Source: a virus. Taken from it: DNA of 28,424 nt. The stretch lies in UHGV virus genome UHGV-0364842, one strand, 5' to 3'. A model generated the notes under the pieces. The model saw nothing but the letters and a program-made list of their open reading frames with translations, had not been told where the DNA came from and did not search any database. The translations under genes and the position numbers were made by a program. Positions 19,736 to 28,424 of this stretch are shown here, piece by piece (within the stretch, counting starts at the first letter, position 1; each line of letters begins with the position of its first letter).

Positions 19736-20257
19736 ATGAGCATGGAACTGAATGAATACTTCGAATACCGCGATGGCTCTTTGGTTTGGAAAGCCAGAAG
19801 CTCTGAATTTTTCAACAACAAAAAGAATCGCAACTATCACAACGTTTGGAATGCAAAACACGCTGGGAAAGTTGCTGGTCTTTTAGAAAGCAATGGATAT
19901 ATCCGCATAAGAATTAACGGCATTAAGTGGCTAGCACACCGCATCGTATGGGTGATGTTTAACGGAGATATTCCAGAAGGCATGGAAATTGACCATATAA
20001 ATGGGATTCGCCACGACAACAGAATTGAAAATCTTCGTCTTGTGAAAAAATCAGCAAACCAAAGGAATAGAATCAAACTATCTAAAAATAACTCCAGCGG
20101 AATATCTGGAGTTTACTTTTGCAACACGCGGAAAAGATGGATCGCTCATAAGCGACTGCTTAATGCAAGAGTGCAAAAAGTATGTTCTTCATTCGAAGAG
20201 GCGAAAGAAGTAATCAGAAAGTTTGACGAGGAAAACAACATCACGATATCGAAATAA
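19736..20257 (+). CDS. HNH homing endonuclease with AP2-type DNA-binding domain
   Basis: 173 aa; IDHINGIRHDNRIENLRLV HNH motif, then GISGVYF...RWIA AP2-like motif; AT-rich; opposite strand to the flanking structural genes. Confidence 0.75.
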   Translation: MSMELNEYFEYRDGSLVWKARSSEFFNNKKNRNYHNVWNAKHAGKVAGLLESNGYIRIRINGIKWLAHRIVWVMFNGDIPEGMEIDHINGIRHDNRIENLRLVKKSANQRNRIKLSKNNSSGISGVYFCNTRKRWIAHKRLLNARVQKVCSSFEEAKEVIRKFDEENNITISK

Positions 20258-21169
20258 TTATCGAATTCCTTTATTCAGTTGCACCTTGAGCTTGCGGTAT
20301 GTCTCTACATCCCCTTTGTTTGCTGCCGCTTCCATCTGCTTTTCAATCGCAGATATATTTGCAGCAACAGCGTGTCCCTGAATGGGTTCATCAGGTAGCG
20401 GGGCTTCTGAAACAGGTTTGGCTCGAGGCTTGAGAGTTAAACGTTCTGACAGTCGAGTGAGTTCAATCAGCGCGGATTGCCCGTCCATCGCCAGCAACTG
20501 GCGTGTTTTCTCAGGATTAGCACCAAGGTGATACATGAGAGCGGCGGATTTCTCCGGGAAGAGGCGCATGATGTCGGCACCGACTGCTGGCGGCACCAGT
20601 TGCATGAATGCATCCTCTTTCTCCTGATAGTCAGGGATATTGAGCTTTTCCGCTGCGTCGTAGTGCTTACGGGCTGCCTCGACGTATTGCGCTGATTGCT
20701 GGGTGAACTCCTGAGTTTTGCGACCCTGCTCGGCGACAGCCTGGCTTCGTGCGTCCATAGCCTTGATCTGCCATTCACTGTTTGCCTGCTGGAAGGCAGC
20801 CAGTGCGCGGCTCTGGTCATAGTCGTACTTAGCCAGTGCATCTTCGGAAAGATAATCGTTAGGGTCTGGTTGTTTTGGTAACTCAGGGTTCACCCGCAGG
20901 TGCTCCGGCAATTCTCCACGCTTAACCGCTTCCATCTGCTGCTCAAGCTCACGCTGGCGTTTGCGTTCGATGCGGCGACGGGCAAATTCAGCATTAGTTG
21001 CCGGGTCTTGTTTTGGTTTCTCATCGTCTTTCAGGACAATCTCGAAGCCTTCTTCCTGACCTGCGTTGTCGTTGGCATTATCGACAACTAAGCCATCAGC
21101 AGATGCCGCTGCATGATTGCCGGGCAGGGTTAATTCTTCAGAAGCCTGAATGTCGGTGGTTTGGTCCAT
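20258..21169 (-). CDS. scaffolding protein, gp8-like
   Basis: 303 aa, the same length as P22 gp8 and near-identical over long stretches (e.g. [59 protein letters not shown]). Confidence 0.9.
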   Translation of the reverse strand: MDQTTDIQASEELTLPGNHAAASADGLVVDNANDNAGQEEGFEIVLKDDEKPKQDPATNAEFARRRIERKRQRELEQQMEAVKRGELPEHLRVNPELPKQPDPNDYLSEDALAKYDYDQSRALAAFQQANSEWQIKAMDARSQAVAEQGRKTQEFTQQSAQYVEAARKHYDAAEKLNIPDYQEKEDAFMQLVPPAVGADIMRLFPEKSAALMYHLGANPEKTRQLLAMDGQSALIELTRLSERLTLKPRAKPVSEAPLPDEPIQGHAVAANISAIEKQMEAAANKGDVETYRKLKVQLNKGIR

Positions 21170-21182
21170 GATTAACTCTCTC

Positions 21183-23348
21183 TTATTGAGGTGTCTCGGC
21201 TACTCCGCCGGAGGGGATTTGAACTTGACGCATAAGATTCGCGAAATCCATGCGTTGTGAATGAGTCTGGTCTGCATCTTTAAGAAGCAGCTCAGCGTTA
21301 GCACGAGCATCTTTGCTGCGCTGTTGCTGGAATTGACCTACGAGCTTGAGGTACTCACGCAGTTCTGCCTGCTTGTCGAGGTCCATATTGTTGAAGATTT
21401 CCGCAATCTTCGCGGCGTTGAGTTGGTTTTGGGCTTCAACCTTGGCGGCTTCAACCTGAATCTGCGCCTGTTGGTTCTCTGCCTTGAGCAATTCAGCCTG
21501 ACCTTGCAGAAGGATACCCTGCGCCTGAATTTGCTCTGCTGATGGCTGCTGCGGCTGTTGTTGTGCCTGCTGCACCATCTCCATCTCTTCAGGTGTTTCT
21601 GGTTTCTTCAGCCCCATCATCACCAGTTGCTTGTTCGCGTACTCTCGCATCATCTCGACGCCTTTACCGTCAAGCAGCGTGAAGTATTGCAGCATCAGCA
21701 TCTGGAACTCTGGAGTACCTTGTGGAACCTTGGTGAGTAACTCCTGAATCTCTGCGCGGTTCTGTTCCTTCATACTCTGGAAGGATGGTCCAACGTCTGT
21801 ATAGCACTCATAGCGACCGCGAATGTCGTTGAGTGTGACCACATTGCCGGACTGGTAATCTACAACTTGCGCGTAGAGTTGAACGTCTTTCTCGCTTCCG
21901 TCTTCAAGAGTCAGCGTTACATGGCGAGGAACGTCATAAATATCGTTGACCATTGAGGCATAAATCTCGCCATCACGTCGCATTGCGGTAGCCAGGTTAT
22001 CCTGAAACACGTATGTCTCAAGGTCTGCCCGCATGTTCAGTTGATTGACGGTATCGAAAGCGACCTGAGAGTTTGCTGCCTGCGCATCCACACCAAGACT
22101 AGCCACCTCTTTCACTGCGTTGGTGGCAGCCTCAAGCATGTAAGCGTTGGCTTGCGGCACTTCAGGGTTTTCCATGTAGGAGATTGGACCAATCGGCAGG
22201 TCGTTACCGTTTTCATCGGTCCTGTTCTGCAGATAGTACGGATAGTCATCATTTCCACCGTACATGTATTCGTAGCCTTCGATTTGCTCAGGGAAGAAGG
22301 TCGGTTTCTTCTTCGGTGAACGAGCAACAATATCGGCGTTGAACGACATGATCATGTTACGAAGGCGTTGACCGTCTTTCGTCAGCCTTACCACGCCCTC
22401 GTAGCACTCCTTGTCACCAGCGAATGACCATTCGCCGTACACAGGAACGATTGGGATATGCTCTCCAGCTATCTTCTCGCGGTCTTTCAGTATCTGCGTG
22501 CAGGTGATGATCGACTTATACACACGCCGACGCTTGACCTTACGCTCTGCTACCTTAATGAATCCACGATTAGCCAGGTCGTCGATGACGTCTTTGATAT
22601 CCTGCTGGAAATAGCTGACCGGCTCACCTGTCAGCGGGTCGCGGTAGATGAAGACTTTCTCCTTCTTCTCTTCGACCTCGTAATACTCAGCGACGTAGAC
22701 GACATCATTCGATACCCACGGAAACAGCCATGTATCGTTCGGATTCTGGAAAGATGGCAGCGTGTCAGGATCAATGCCGTAATCCTCTGCGAACTCTTTC
22801 CAGCCATTGCGTGACAAGGCGTTAATCACCGTGCAGTGCTTAGCGTCGCTCTTATCCATCTGCTTGCTGTTTGCGTCCCATATGACGTGTGAGCAGGCTT
22901 CATGGATTGGCAGGCGTCGAATTACCTGATTGTTGCTTGTTGGGTCGTTGTCTTCGTACTGTGTGACCAGACGCCATGCACCAACGCCGGACTCTATCTG
23001 CTCACGAACACCAACGTTAACGGCAATCTTTGCCGTGTTATGGCGCATATCAGTACGATACATCCCCATCAACACATCGGCAGCATCAGGATTAGCGCCG
23101 TCTTTTGGTCTGAAGAGAACGTCGATAGGGTTACGGCGCATCTCTGCGACCAGCTTCCTGACCACCGGGCGGACAACATCGAATTGTCCGCGATATTGCA
23201 GGGTGGTGTAGTTTGATAGCCAGTCATCCCATTGCGACACTCGGCTAAAATACAGGTCATTTGTCGCCTCGGTTCTGGCTTCATCGCTCGCCATCCAGTC
23301 CGCGTCAAACTTACACAGAATGGAATTGAGTCTGTTTTCGTCGGCCAT
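21183..23348 (-). CDS. portal protein, gp1-like
   Basis: 721 aa; strong similarity to the recalled P22 portal ([26 protein letters not shown]-terminal helical barrel region). Confidence 0.9.
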   Translation of the reverse strand: MADENRLNSILCKFDADWMASDEARTEATNDLYFSRVSQWDDWLSNYTTLQYRGQFDVVRPVVRKLVAEMRRNPIDVLFRPKDGANPDAADVLMGMYRTDMRHNTAKIAVNVGVREQIESGVGAWRLVTQYEDNDPTSNNQVIRRLPIHEACSHVIWDANSKQMDKSDAKHCTVINALSRNGWKEFAEDYGIDPDTLPSFQNPNDTWLFPWVSNDVVYVAEYYEVEEKKEKVFIYRDPLTGEPVSYFQQDIKDVIDDLANRGFIKVAERKVKRRRVYKSIITCTQILKDREKIAGEHIPIVPVYGEWSFAGDKECYEGVVRLTKDGQRLRNMIMSFNADIVARSPKKKPTFFPEQIEGYEYMYGGNDDYPYYLQNRTDENGNDLPIGPISYMENPEVPQANAYMLEAATNAVKEVASLGVDAQAANSQVAFDTVNQLNMRADLETYVFQDNLATAMRRDGEIYASMVNDIYDVPRHVTLTLEDGSEKDVQLYAQVVDYQSGNVVTLNDIRGRYECYTDVGPSFQSMKEQNRAEIQELLTKVPQGTPEFQMLMLQYFTLLDGKGVEMMREYANKQLVMMGLKKPETPEEMEMVQQAQQQPQQPSAEQIQAQGILLQGQAELLKAENQQAQIQVEAAKVEAQNQLNAAKIAEIFNNMDLDKQAELREYLKLVGQFQQQRSKDARANAELLLKDADQTHSQRMDFANLMRQVQIPSGGVAETPQ

Positions 23349-24848
23349 TTAAGTTCTCCGTGCGATGGGCCTGATTGGGGCTGGTATCTTTTTCTCTTTT
23401 GGCTTTTTGATGTCGCGCATCATTTTTGCGAAGCGGCGCATCATGTATGCATAGCGAACGGCGGATAGCACGTCGTCGTTAAGCTTGACGATTTTCCCGT
23501 TTTCATCACGGTGATAGAGGCGGAACTCCTCAAAGAATGGCTCACAGGTGTTGAATACTTTGAAGCGACCGTCGAGCATCATGTCTCGCAATTCAGTGAT
23601 GCCAGGCTCAACAGCATTACCGCCATCAGGCCATGTCGCATGCTCCTGCAACATCATAAAACCAGCGTCCGCGTACTGCCCTTTGAGCTGCTCACCGCCG
23701 CCCTTCTCGTGCTGGTTTCCGTCATGAGGCCATGCGGTTGGCACTTTATGCGCCCATGATTTAACGGCTCCCCATGCCTGAACGGCTGTTTTTTCTTTCG
23801 CCTTCCAAACGCGTGAAAGGTAGATTATGTCTGCGTCCTTATCCCACCAAAGCTGAACCTGCGCCTGTGGGTGATCCCATCCGAAATCCATCCCGCCAAT
23901 TACGTAGAAGTGATCAGGACACTCGAACGGCTGACACTTAATCGTCTCTTCCGGTATCTGGAAGATTCGACCGCTACCCATCGTAGGAATACCGCGAGCA
24001 CGCGCCTCTCTCTCATGCTCGGGATAGGATGCGATGATTTGCTCTTTCTGCTCGTCGGTGTAGTGCTCAGCGTCATAGATGGTCATGTTGACCACTTTCT
24101 GCGACTTGCTGGGATTCTTCAGGAACTTGGTAACAACGTCAGACATCCCCATCAGCGGGGTAAACGTCAGAATTGAGAATTGCCCGTATTTGTTGGTACG
24201 GGTAAGGCCTTCGCCATAAATGCTATATGGTGGTTCTTCGTCAAACCACACGCCGTGGATTGTGTCACCCTGCCAGCGAGCACGGCCTTGCGAGTATGGT
24301 TTGAAGTAGCAGATTGAAATGCCATCTTCAACGCCATCAGCCGTGTGATGCTTAACCAGAAGATGATCAACAAGGTTCGGAAAGAAAGGAGACTTCTTCC
24401 AGCTAATGATGTCTTCTTTAGGTATGGAGCCGTAGCCTGGCTCATCATTCTCTTCGATACGACCACACAGGATGCGTTGAGTCGTTTTGGTTACAGTCTC
24501 GTTTGTCTCGCCGCCAATCCAGAAGACAACAGGCTCATAGAAACGCTTACCTTTCCACTCCCCACCATATTTACCATCAGCCGGATAGCCTTTTGTTCCC
24601 GGATAACGCCCGGTAAGGTGAAACGCGACTTCAGCAGCCCCAGTAAATGACTTACCAAGCTGGTTACCAGCCATAAAACAGCGCTCTGGATAGTCATGCC
24701 CGGCATCGATGAACTCACGCTGTTTGCTGTATGGCGTAAATTCATATAGCAGGTGTGTGTTCCGGTAGTTCTCTTCTTCTTCGAGTAGCTCGAGCAATTC
24801 GATTTGCTCTTCGTCGCTCAGGTTATCAAGAATCGCGTCCAGTTCCAC
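23349..24848 (-). CDS. terminase large subunit, gp2-like
   Basis: 499 aa, the same length and position as P22 gp2; conserved N-terminal ATPase and C-terminal nuclease regions. Confidence 0.9.
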   Translation of the reverse strand: MELDAILDNLSDEEQIELLELLEEEENYRNTHLLYEFTPYSKQREFIDAGHDYPERCFMAGNQLGKSFTGAAEVAFHLTGRYPGTKGYPADGKYGGEWKGKRFYEPVVFWIGGETNETVTKTTQRILCGRIEENDEPGYGSIPKEDIISWKKSPFFPNLVDHLLVKHHTADGVEDGISICYFKPYSQGRARWQGDTIHGVWFDEEPPYSIYGEGLTRTNKYGQFSILTFTPLMGMSDVVTKFLKNPSKSQKVVNMTIYDAEHYTDEQKEQIIASYPEHEREARARGIPTMGSGRIFQIPEETIKCQPFECPDHFYVIGGMDFGWDHPQAQVQLWWDKDADIIYLSRVWKAKEKTAVQAWGAVKSWAHKVPTAWPHDGNQHEKGGGEQLKGQYADAGFMMLQEHATWPDGGNAVEPGITELRDMMLDGRFKVFNTCEPFFEEFRLYHRDENGKIVKLNDDVLSAVRYAYMMRRFAKMMRDIKKPKEKKIPAPIRPIARRT

Positions 24849-25320
24849 GGTTGAATAGCTCCTTGATACGAGAGCGTCGCTTATCGCGATCTCCCTTATC
24901 AGGTGTCACGTCTTCAACTTGCGACTGCTCTTTGAGGCCCAAATCACGGGCGATGATGTTAGCGTTGAGAAGGTCAGCGGCTGCGCCAGAGAATTTCTGG
25001 TCGTAGATGATGTCTTCCGCTCGTGATGTGACGTCAGAAAAACCTTCCATTGACCGGAAGGTTCCCCACGTTTGCCTGGTGATATCAAGGAAGGTACACA
25101 ATCCTGAAATAGTCATGGCTCGCATCTTAGGGACATTAGCCTTAATTATTTCTCCCTGATATGAAAATACCTTACCCTCCCATAGCGGGTTATCATCAGC
25201 CCACTCGAAGTATTCACAACAAGCAGCCCACAGCGCCTCAGGCGATTCGAATTTAGGATTTCGCCCATGACTACTGCGGGCCTCCCAAAATCGGTTGCCC
25301 TTTGGTGCTGCCATATTCAT
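24826..25320 (-). CDS. terminase small subunit, gp3-like
   Basis: N-terminus [38 protein letters not shown] and C-terminus match P22 gp3; the central segment is divergent. Start at 25320 or 25314. Confidence 0.85.
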   Translation of the reverse strand: MNMAAPKGNRFWEARSSHGRNPKFESPEALWAACCEYFEWADDNPLWEGKVFSYQGEIIKANVPKMRAMTISGLCTFLDITRQTWGTFRSMEGFSDVTSRAEDIIYDQKFSGAAADLLNANIIARDLGLKEQSQVEDVTPDKGDRDKRRSRIKELFNRGTGRDS

Positions 25321-25349
25321 CTCACTTAGTTGTTATTTCAGGTTGAGCA

Positions 25350-25592
25350 TCATGCTCCGGTAGTGAACAGGTCTAACGCTTCCTTCGATTTACGCACCGC
25401 TTCGATAGTGCGGGTCGTGATATCTGAATTAGCGCCACCTGACTGGAAGTGAATTTTGAATAGCTCAAGCTTCAGCTCGTCAGTGCCAATGAATTGAAAT
25501 GCTTCTTCTGCGGCTGCGTTCTGGTTCATGACCAGTTTGTAAATCTCTAACTGGAATTTCTGTTCTTCAGTCATGGGAATAATCTCTGCCAT
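25350..25592 (-). CDS. hypothetical protein (80 aa) upstream of the terminase genes
   Basis: ATG preceded by an ACGGAG RBS; in the position of the small ORF that precedes gene 3 in P22-like phages (from memory). Confidence 0.5.
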   Translation of the reverse strand: MAEIIPMTEEQKFQLEIYKLVMNQNAAAEEAFQFIGTDELKLELFKIHFQSGGANSDITTRTIEAVRKSKEALDLFTTGA

Positions 25593-25738
25593 TATTGGCT
25601 CCGTTTATCCGTTAAAAGGGATATCAGTTAAGTTATCCCGTGTAGGGTATAAGCCATTATCAAAGCCACTCTGTAGGGAATGGCTTTTGTGATGGCAATA
25701 AAAAAGGCCGACTTAGCGACCAATTTAATAATTAATTA

Positions 25739-25981
25739 TCAATAATGTGGGAATTGGTTACTATTTTGCAAGATAACCCAAGATGGGCGAAACAAGTCAA
25801 AAACATTGATGCTTAACAGGGCTTCATTTATTGATTTTTTTTCATCCGCAGAAACTCCGCGTCCTGCATTTGACATTACAAGCTGACCATTAACTATTTC
25901 ACTACATTGTTTTACATAACTACCTGGCGGCATTGATTGAAAGTTACATGTACCATTTATTATTTTATCAATTTCACTCAT
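25739..25981 (-). CDS. hypothetical AT-rich small protein (moron candidate)
   Basis: 80-aa ORF with a GAGGT RBS; AT-rich; no recognisable domain. Confidence 0.4.
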   Translation of the reverse strand: MSEIDKIINGTCNFQSMPPGSYVKQCSEIVNGQLVMSNAGRGVSADEKKSINEALLSINVFDLFRPSWVILQNSNQFPHY

Positions 25982-26220
25982 ATCAACCTCGTCTAGTTGT
26001 TCGTCATAGATTCAGTGGCTGGCGGTGACGATTCCGCTTTTCGGGAGCTACCCTAGCCACTGTTTTATTCTATCCGATGTCTTTCCATCAGTCCGCCACC
26101 ACAAAGAATCTTTTTTGCCATAAGGCAGGGGGTTCATCTTTCAGTGGCTGCCAGTGTTATTTCCCCACTTACTGGCTTGGGTTGTTTCGTGGTACTGCTG
26201 TTAATTAGTGAGTCCGGGGA

Positions 26221-26706
26221 TTATTTCAGTTCGTTACCAGGCATTTCTTTTAGCTCTTTCAAATGACAACGATTGAGACTAAACCACTCCCCGTGCGACC
26301 TATAGTTGTAATATTTTTGGTGCAATTTGGTTTCAAGCTCTCTATCGGCCGGAATCTTTGCAATTAGATTTAGCTTCCCACCACTCATGCGAGATATCTC
26401 TGAAATTCGTTTATTAACCCTGCGACTAAACCCTATTTTTGTTAGCCCACTATCTTCAGCATGCAGAACGTACACATATGATTTTTGCGAAGCACTGGGT
26501 GCGACTTTGTTGTAATTAATCATGTCAAACATGAAGCCTTGCTTTAGCAAAGTTTCAAAAAAGATAGAATTAACACACCCATTCCTTCTCAGCTCTGCAC
26601 TTAGCTTGTCAATTTCCTCTATGATGTCGCCAGACCCCTTTCCACTTATAAGAAAATCTTGGTACATGCGACCAATTCTTGAGGTAATTTCAACAAAGTT
26701 ATTCAT
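26221..26706 (-). CDS. T5orf172 / GIY-YIG-like domain protein
   Basis: 161 aa; C-terminal half YVYVLHAEDSGLTKIGFSRRVNKRISEI...HGEWF fits the GIY-YIG/T5orf172 pattern; N-terminal ~65 aa unassigned; AT-rich. Confidence 0.6.
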   Translation of the reverse strand: MNNFVEITSRIGRMYQDFLISGKGSGDIIEEIDKLSAELRRNGCVNSIFFETLLKQGFMFDMINYNKVAPSASQKSYVYVLHAEDSGLTKIGFSRRVNKRISEISRMSGGKLNLIAKIPADRELETKLHQKYYNYRSHGEWFSLNRCHLKELKEMPGNELK

Positions 26707-26846
26707 AGCGTTTACCTTTTAGAAAGTGAGCCTGTCTCACAGAAAAGCCGCCCGAGAGAGGTCGCCACCTATAACGGCTTTTCTCAGGCTCGCTTACTGA
26801 AAGGCTCTCGTTAATATGCGCGTGAGATGCGCTGTGAAATTCAGAT

Positions 26847-26873
26847 ATAAAAAAGCCCCGCAAATGCGAGGCT
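26847..26873 (-). terminator. rho-independent terminator, minus strand
   Basis: Minus strand reads AGCCTCGC-attt-GCGGGGCT followed by TTTTTTATA: an 8-bp stem including one G-U pair. Confidence 0.55.
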
Positions 26874-27047
26874 AAATCCTGGTATTTGTAATGAACTGGC
26901 TCTTATCTCAACGCAGCCCCTTACTGCGCGCCAGATGCTCAATATCAAGCATCAGCAATGAGATGTTTAATCTGGATTCACTCCAGAAGTGATCATCACC
27001 CTGTCTATAGAGCCAGATGTGAAGGATGATGAGTAAAATTATCGCTA

Positions 27048-27515
27048 TCATCGAAGGCATTGCGTCTTGATATATTCCTGAAGCGTTCTCAGTGCTGTTT
27101 GGTCGCGGATAATTCCGTCCCGGACACCGAGAACGTTTCGTCCAGCAACTGGAGAGAGTTCGACGGTGGCATCATTGCCCATGCCGGAGGCGCCGGAGGT
27201 TTCGGCTGAGGATGGCACAGGGCATTTTCCTTTGACGAGCACCCTGCCACCATTATCAAGATTGCGCCGAAGAGCATCATTTTCAGCTTTCGCATCAGCT
27301 AACTCCTTCGTGTATTTAGCATCGAGTGCATCAGCAGCACGCTGGCGTTGCTGCATGTCAGTAATGGTGGAGGTCGCCTGCTTCAGCTCAATGACTTTTT
27401 TATCACGCTGTTCTTTGTAGGCGATGGCGTTATCACGGTAATGATTAACAGCCCATGACAGGCAGACGATGATGCAGATAACCAGAGCGGAGATAATCGC
27501 GGTTACTCTGCTCAT
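27048..27515 (-). CDS. Rz: i-spanin Rz
   Basis: N-terminus [31 protein letters not shown] matches lambda Rz from memory; the C-terminal part diverges. Confidence 0.85.
   Translation of the reverse strand: MSRVTAIISALVICIIVCLSWAVNHYRDNAIAYKEQRDKKVIELKQATSTITDMQQRQRAADALDAKYTKELADAKAENDALRRNLDNGGRVLVKGKCPVPSSAETSGASGMGNDATVELSPVAGRNVLGVRDGIIRDQTALRTLQEYIKTQCLR
27089..27295 (-). CDS. Rz1: o-spanin Rz1, embedded in Rz in an alternate frame
   Basis: Lipoprotein signal with a VAGC lipobox, then a proline-rich segment ([11 protein letters not shown]); fully nested within Rz. Confidence 0.7.
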   Translation of the reverse strand: MRKLKMMLFGAILIMVAGCSSKENALCHPQPKPPAPPAWAMMPPSNSLQLLDETFSVSGTELSATKQH

Positions 27516-27988
27516 ACCTCAATCTCTCTGACCGTTCCGCCTGCTTCTTTGAATTTTGCAATCAGGCTGTCAGCCTTATGCTCGAACTGACCATAACCAG
27601 CACCCGGCAGTGAAGCCCAGATATTGCTGCAACGGTCGATTGCCTGACGGATATCACCGCGATCAATCATCGGTAAAGCGCCACGCTCCTTAATCTGCTG
27701 CAGCGCAACAGCGTCCTGGCTTTTGGGAGAGAAGTCTTTCAGGCCAAGCTGCTTGCGGTAGGCATCCCACCAACGGGAAAGAAGCTGGTAACGTCCGGCT
27801 GCTGTTGATTTGAGTTTGGGGTTTAGCGTGACAAGTTTGCGAGGGTGATCGGAGTAATCAGTGAATAGCTCTCCGCCAACAATGACGTCATAACCATGAT
27901 TTCTGGTTTTCTGACGTCCGTTATCAGTTCCCTCTGACCACGCCAGCATATCGAGGAACGCCTTACGTTGATTATTGATTTCCACCAT
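27512..27988 (-). CDS. R: endolysin, lambda R-type lytic transglycosylase
   Basis: 158 aa; essentially identical to the recalled lambda R sequence ([35 protein letters not shown]...). Confidence 0.9.
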   Translation of the reverse strand: MVEINNQRKAFLDMLAWSEGTDNGRQKTRNHGYDVIVGGELFTDYSDHPRKLVTLNPKLKSTAAGRYQLLSRWWDAYRKQLGLKDFSPKSQDAVALQQIKERGALPMIDRGDIRQAIDRCSNIWASLPGAGYGQFEHKADSLIAKFKEAGGTVREIEV

Positions 27989-28295
27989 CTTCTACTCCGG
28001 CTTTTTTAGCAGCGAAGCGTTTGATAAGCGAACCAATCGAGTCAGTACCGATGTAGCCGATGAACACGCTCGTTATATAAGCGAGATTGCTACTTAGTCC
28101 GGCAAAGTCGAGAAGGTCACGAATGAACCAGGCGATAATGGCGCACATCGTTGCGTCGATTACTGTTTTTGTAAACGCACCGCCATTATATCTGCCGCGA
28201 AGGTACGCCATTGCAAACGCAAGGATTGCCCCGATGCCTTGTTCCTTTGCCGCGAGAATGGCGGCTAACAGGTCATGTTTTTCTGGCATCTTCAT
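27972..28295 (-). CDS. S: holin, lambda S-type (S107/S105 dual start)
   Basis: 107 aa; near-identical to recalled lambda S, including the MKM dual-start motif. Confidence 0.9.
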   Translation of the reverse strand: MKMPEKHDLLAAILAAKEQGIGAILAFAMAYLRGRYNGGAFTKTVIDATMCAIIAWFIRDLLDFAGLSSNLAYITSVFIGYIGTDSIGSLIKRFAAKKAGVEDGGNQ

Positions 28296-28424
28296 GTCTT
28301 ACCCCCAATAAGGGGATTTGCTCTATTTAATTAGGAATAAGGTCGATTACTGATAGAACAAATCCAGGCTACTGTGTTTAGTAATCAGATTTGTTCGTGA
28401 CCGATATGCACGGGCAAAACGGCA
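28296..28424 (-). promoter_or_regulatory. lambda-type late-operon leader upstream of S (promoter itself probably beyond the window)
   Basis: The reverse complement matches the recalled lambda sequence immediately upstream of S, including the AAGACATGAAGATG S-start region. Confidence 0.4.

Larger units (their letters stand above)
1..28424. mobile_element. P22-like temperate podophage genome segment (prophage or phage DNA); mosaic with lambda-type lysis cassette
   Basis: Gene order and recalled protein similarity to P22 gp9, ant, arc, mnt, gp16/20/7, gp14, gp26, gp10, gp4, gp5, gp8, gp1, gp2, gp3, plus integrase/excisionase and lambda S/R. int and tailspike lie about 90 bp apart with no host DNA between them. 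Confidence 0.85.

Noticed and set aside
1-28424. Looked for CRISPR arrays, rRNA and tRNA genes
   Set aside because: No repeat-spacer periodicity and no tRNA cloverleaf or rRNA-like conserved segments were recognised anywhere in the window.

Overview
The window is a contiguous segment of a P22-like temperate podophage genome (enterobacterial host, probably E. coli/Shigella-like), read in reverse relative to the usual P22 map. All assignments are from reading the ORF translations and recalling reference proteins from memory; no database search was run. Plus strand, 1-5125: a translationally coupled chain of small early-region accessory genes (ea/ead-like, DUF551, ASCH-like), then an AlpA-type excisionase and a P4-type tyrosine integrase. 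Minus strand, 5215-28295: tailspike, the immI region (ant, arc, divergent mnt), ejection proteins gp16/gp20/gp7, gp14, tail needle gp26, gp10, gp4, coat, scaffold, portal, terminase large and small subunits, then a lysis cassette (S, R, Rz/Rz1) that is lambda-like. No rRNA, tRNA or CRISPR array was seen. The most unusual content sits in the immI region: a ClpP-family serine-protease-like gene coupled to mnt, and a ClpX zinc-binding-domain-like mini-protein inserted between arc and ant. Other accessory insertions are an HNH-AP2 homing endonuclease between scaffold and coat, an AT-rich island with a T5orf172/GIY-YIG-like protein between lysis and terminase genes, and a lipoprotein plus small membrane protein pair beside the ejection genes. 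The tailspike is a mosaic with a divergent receptor-binding domain.
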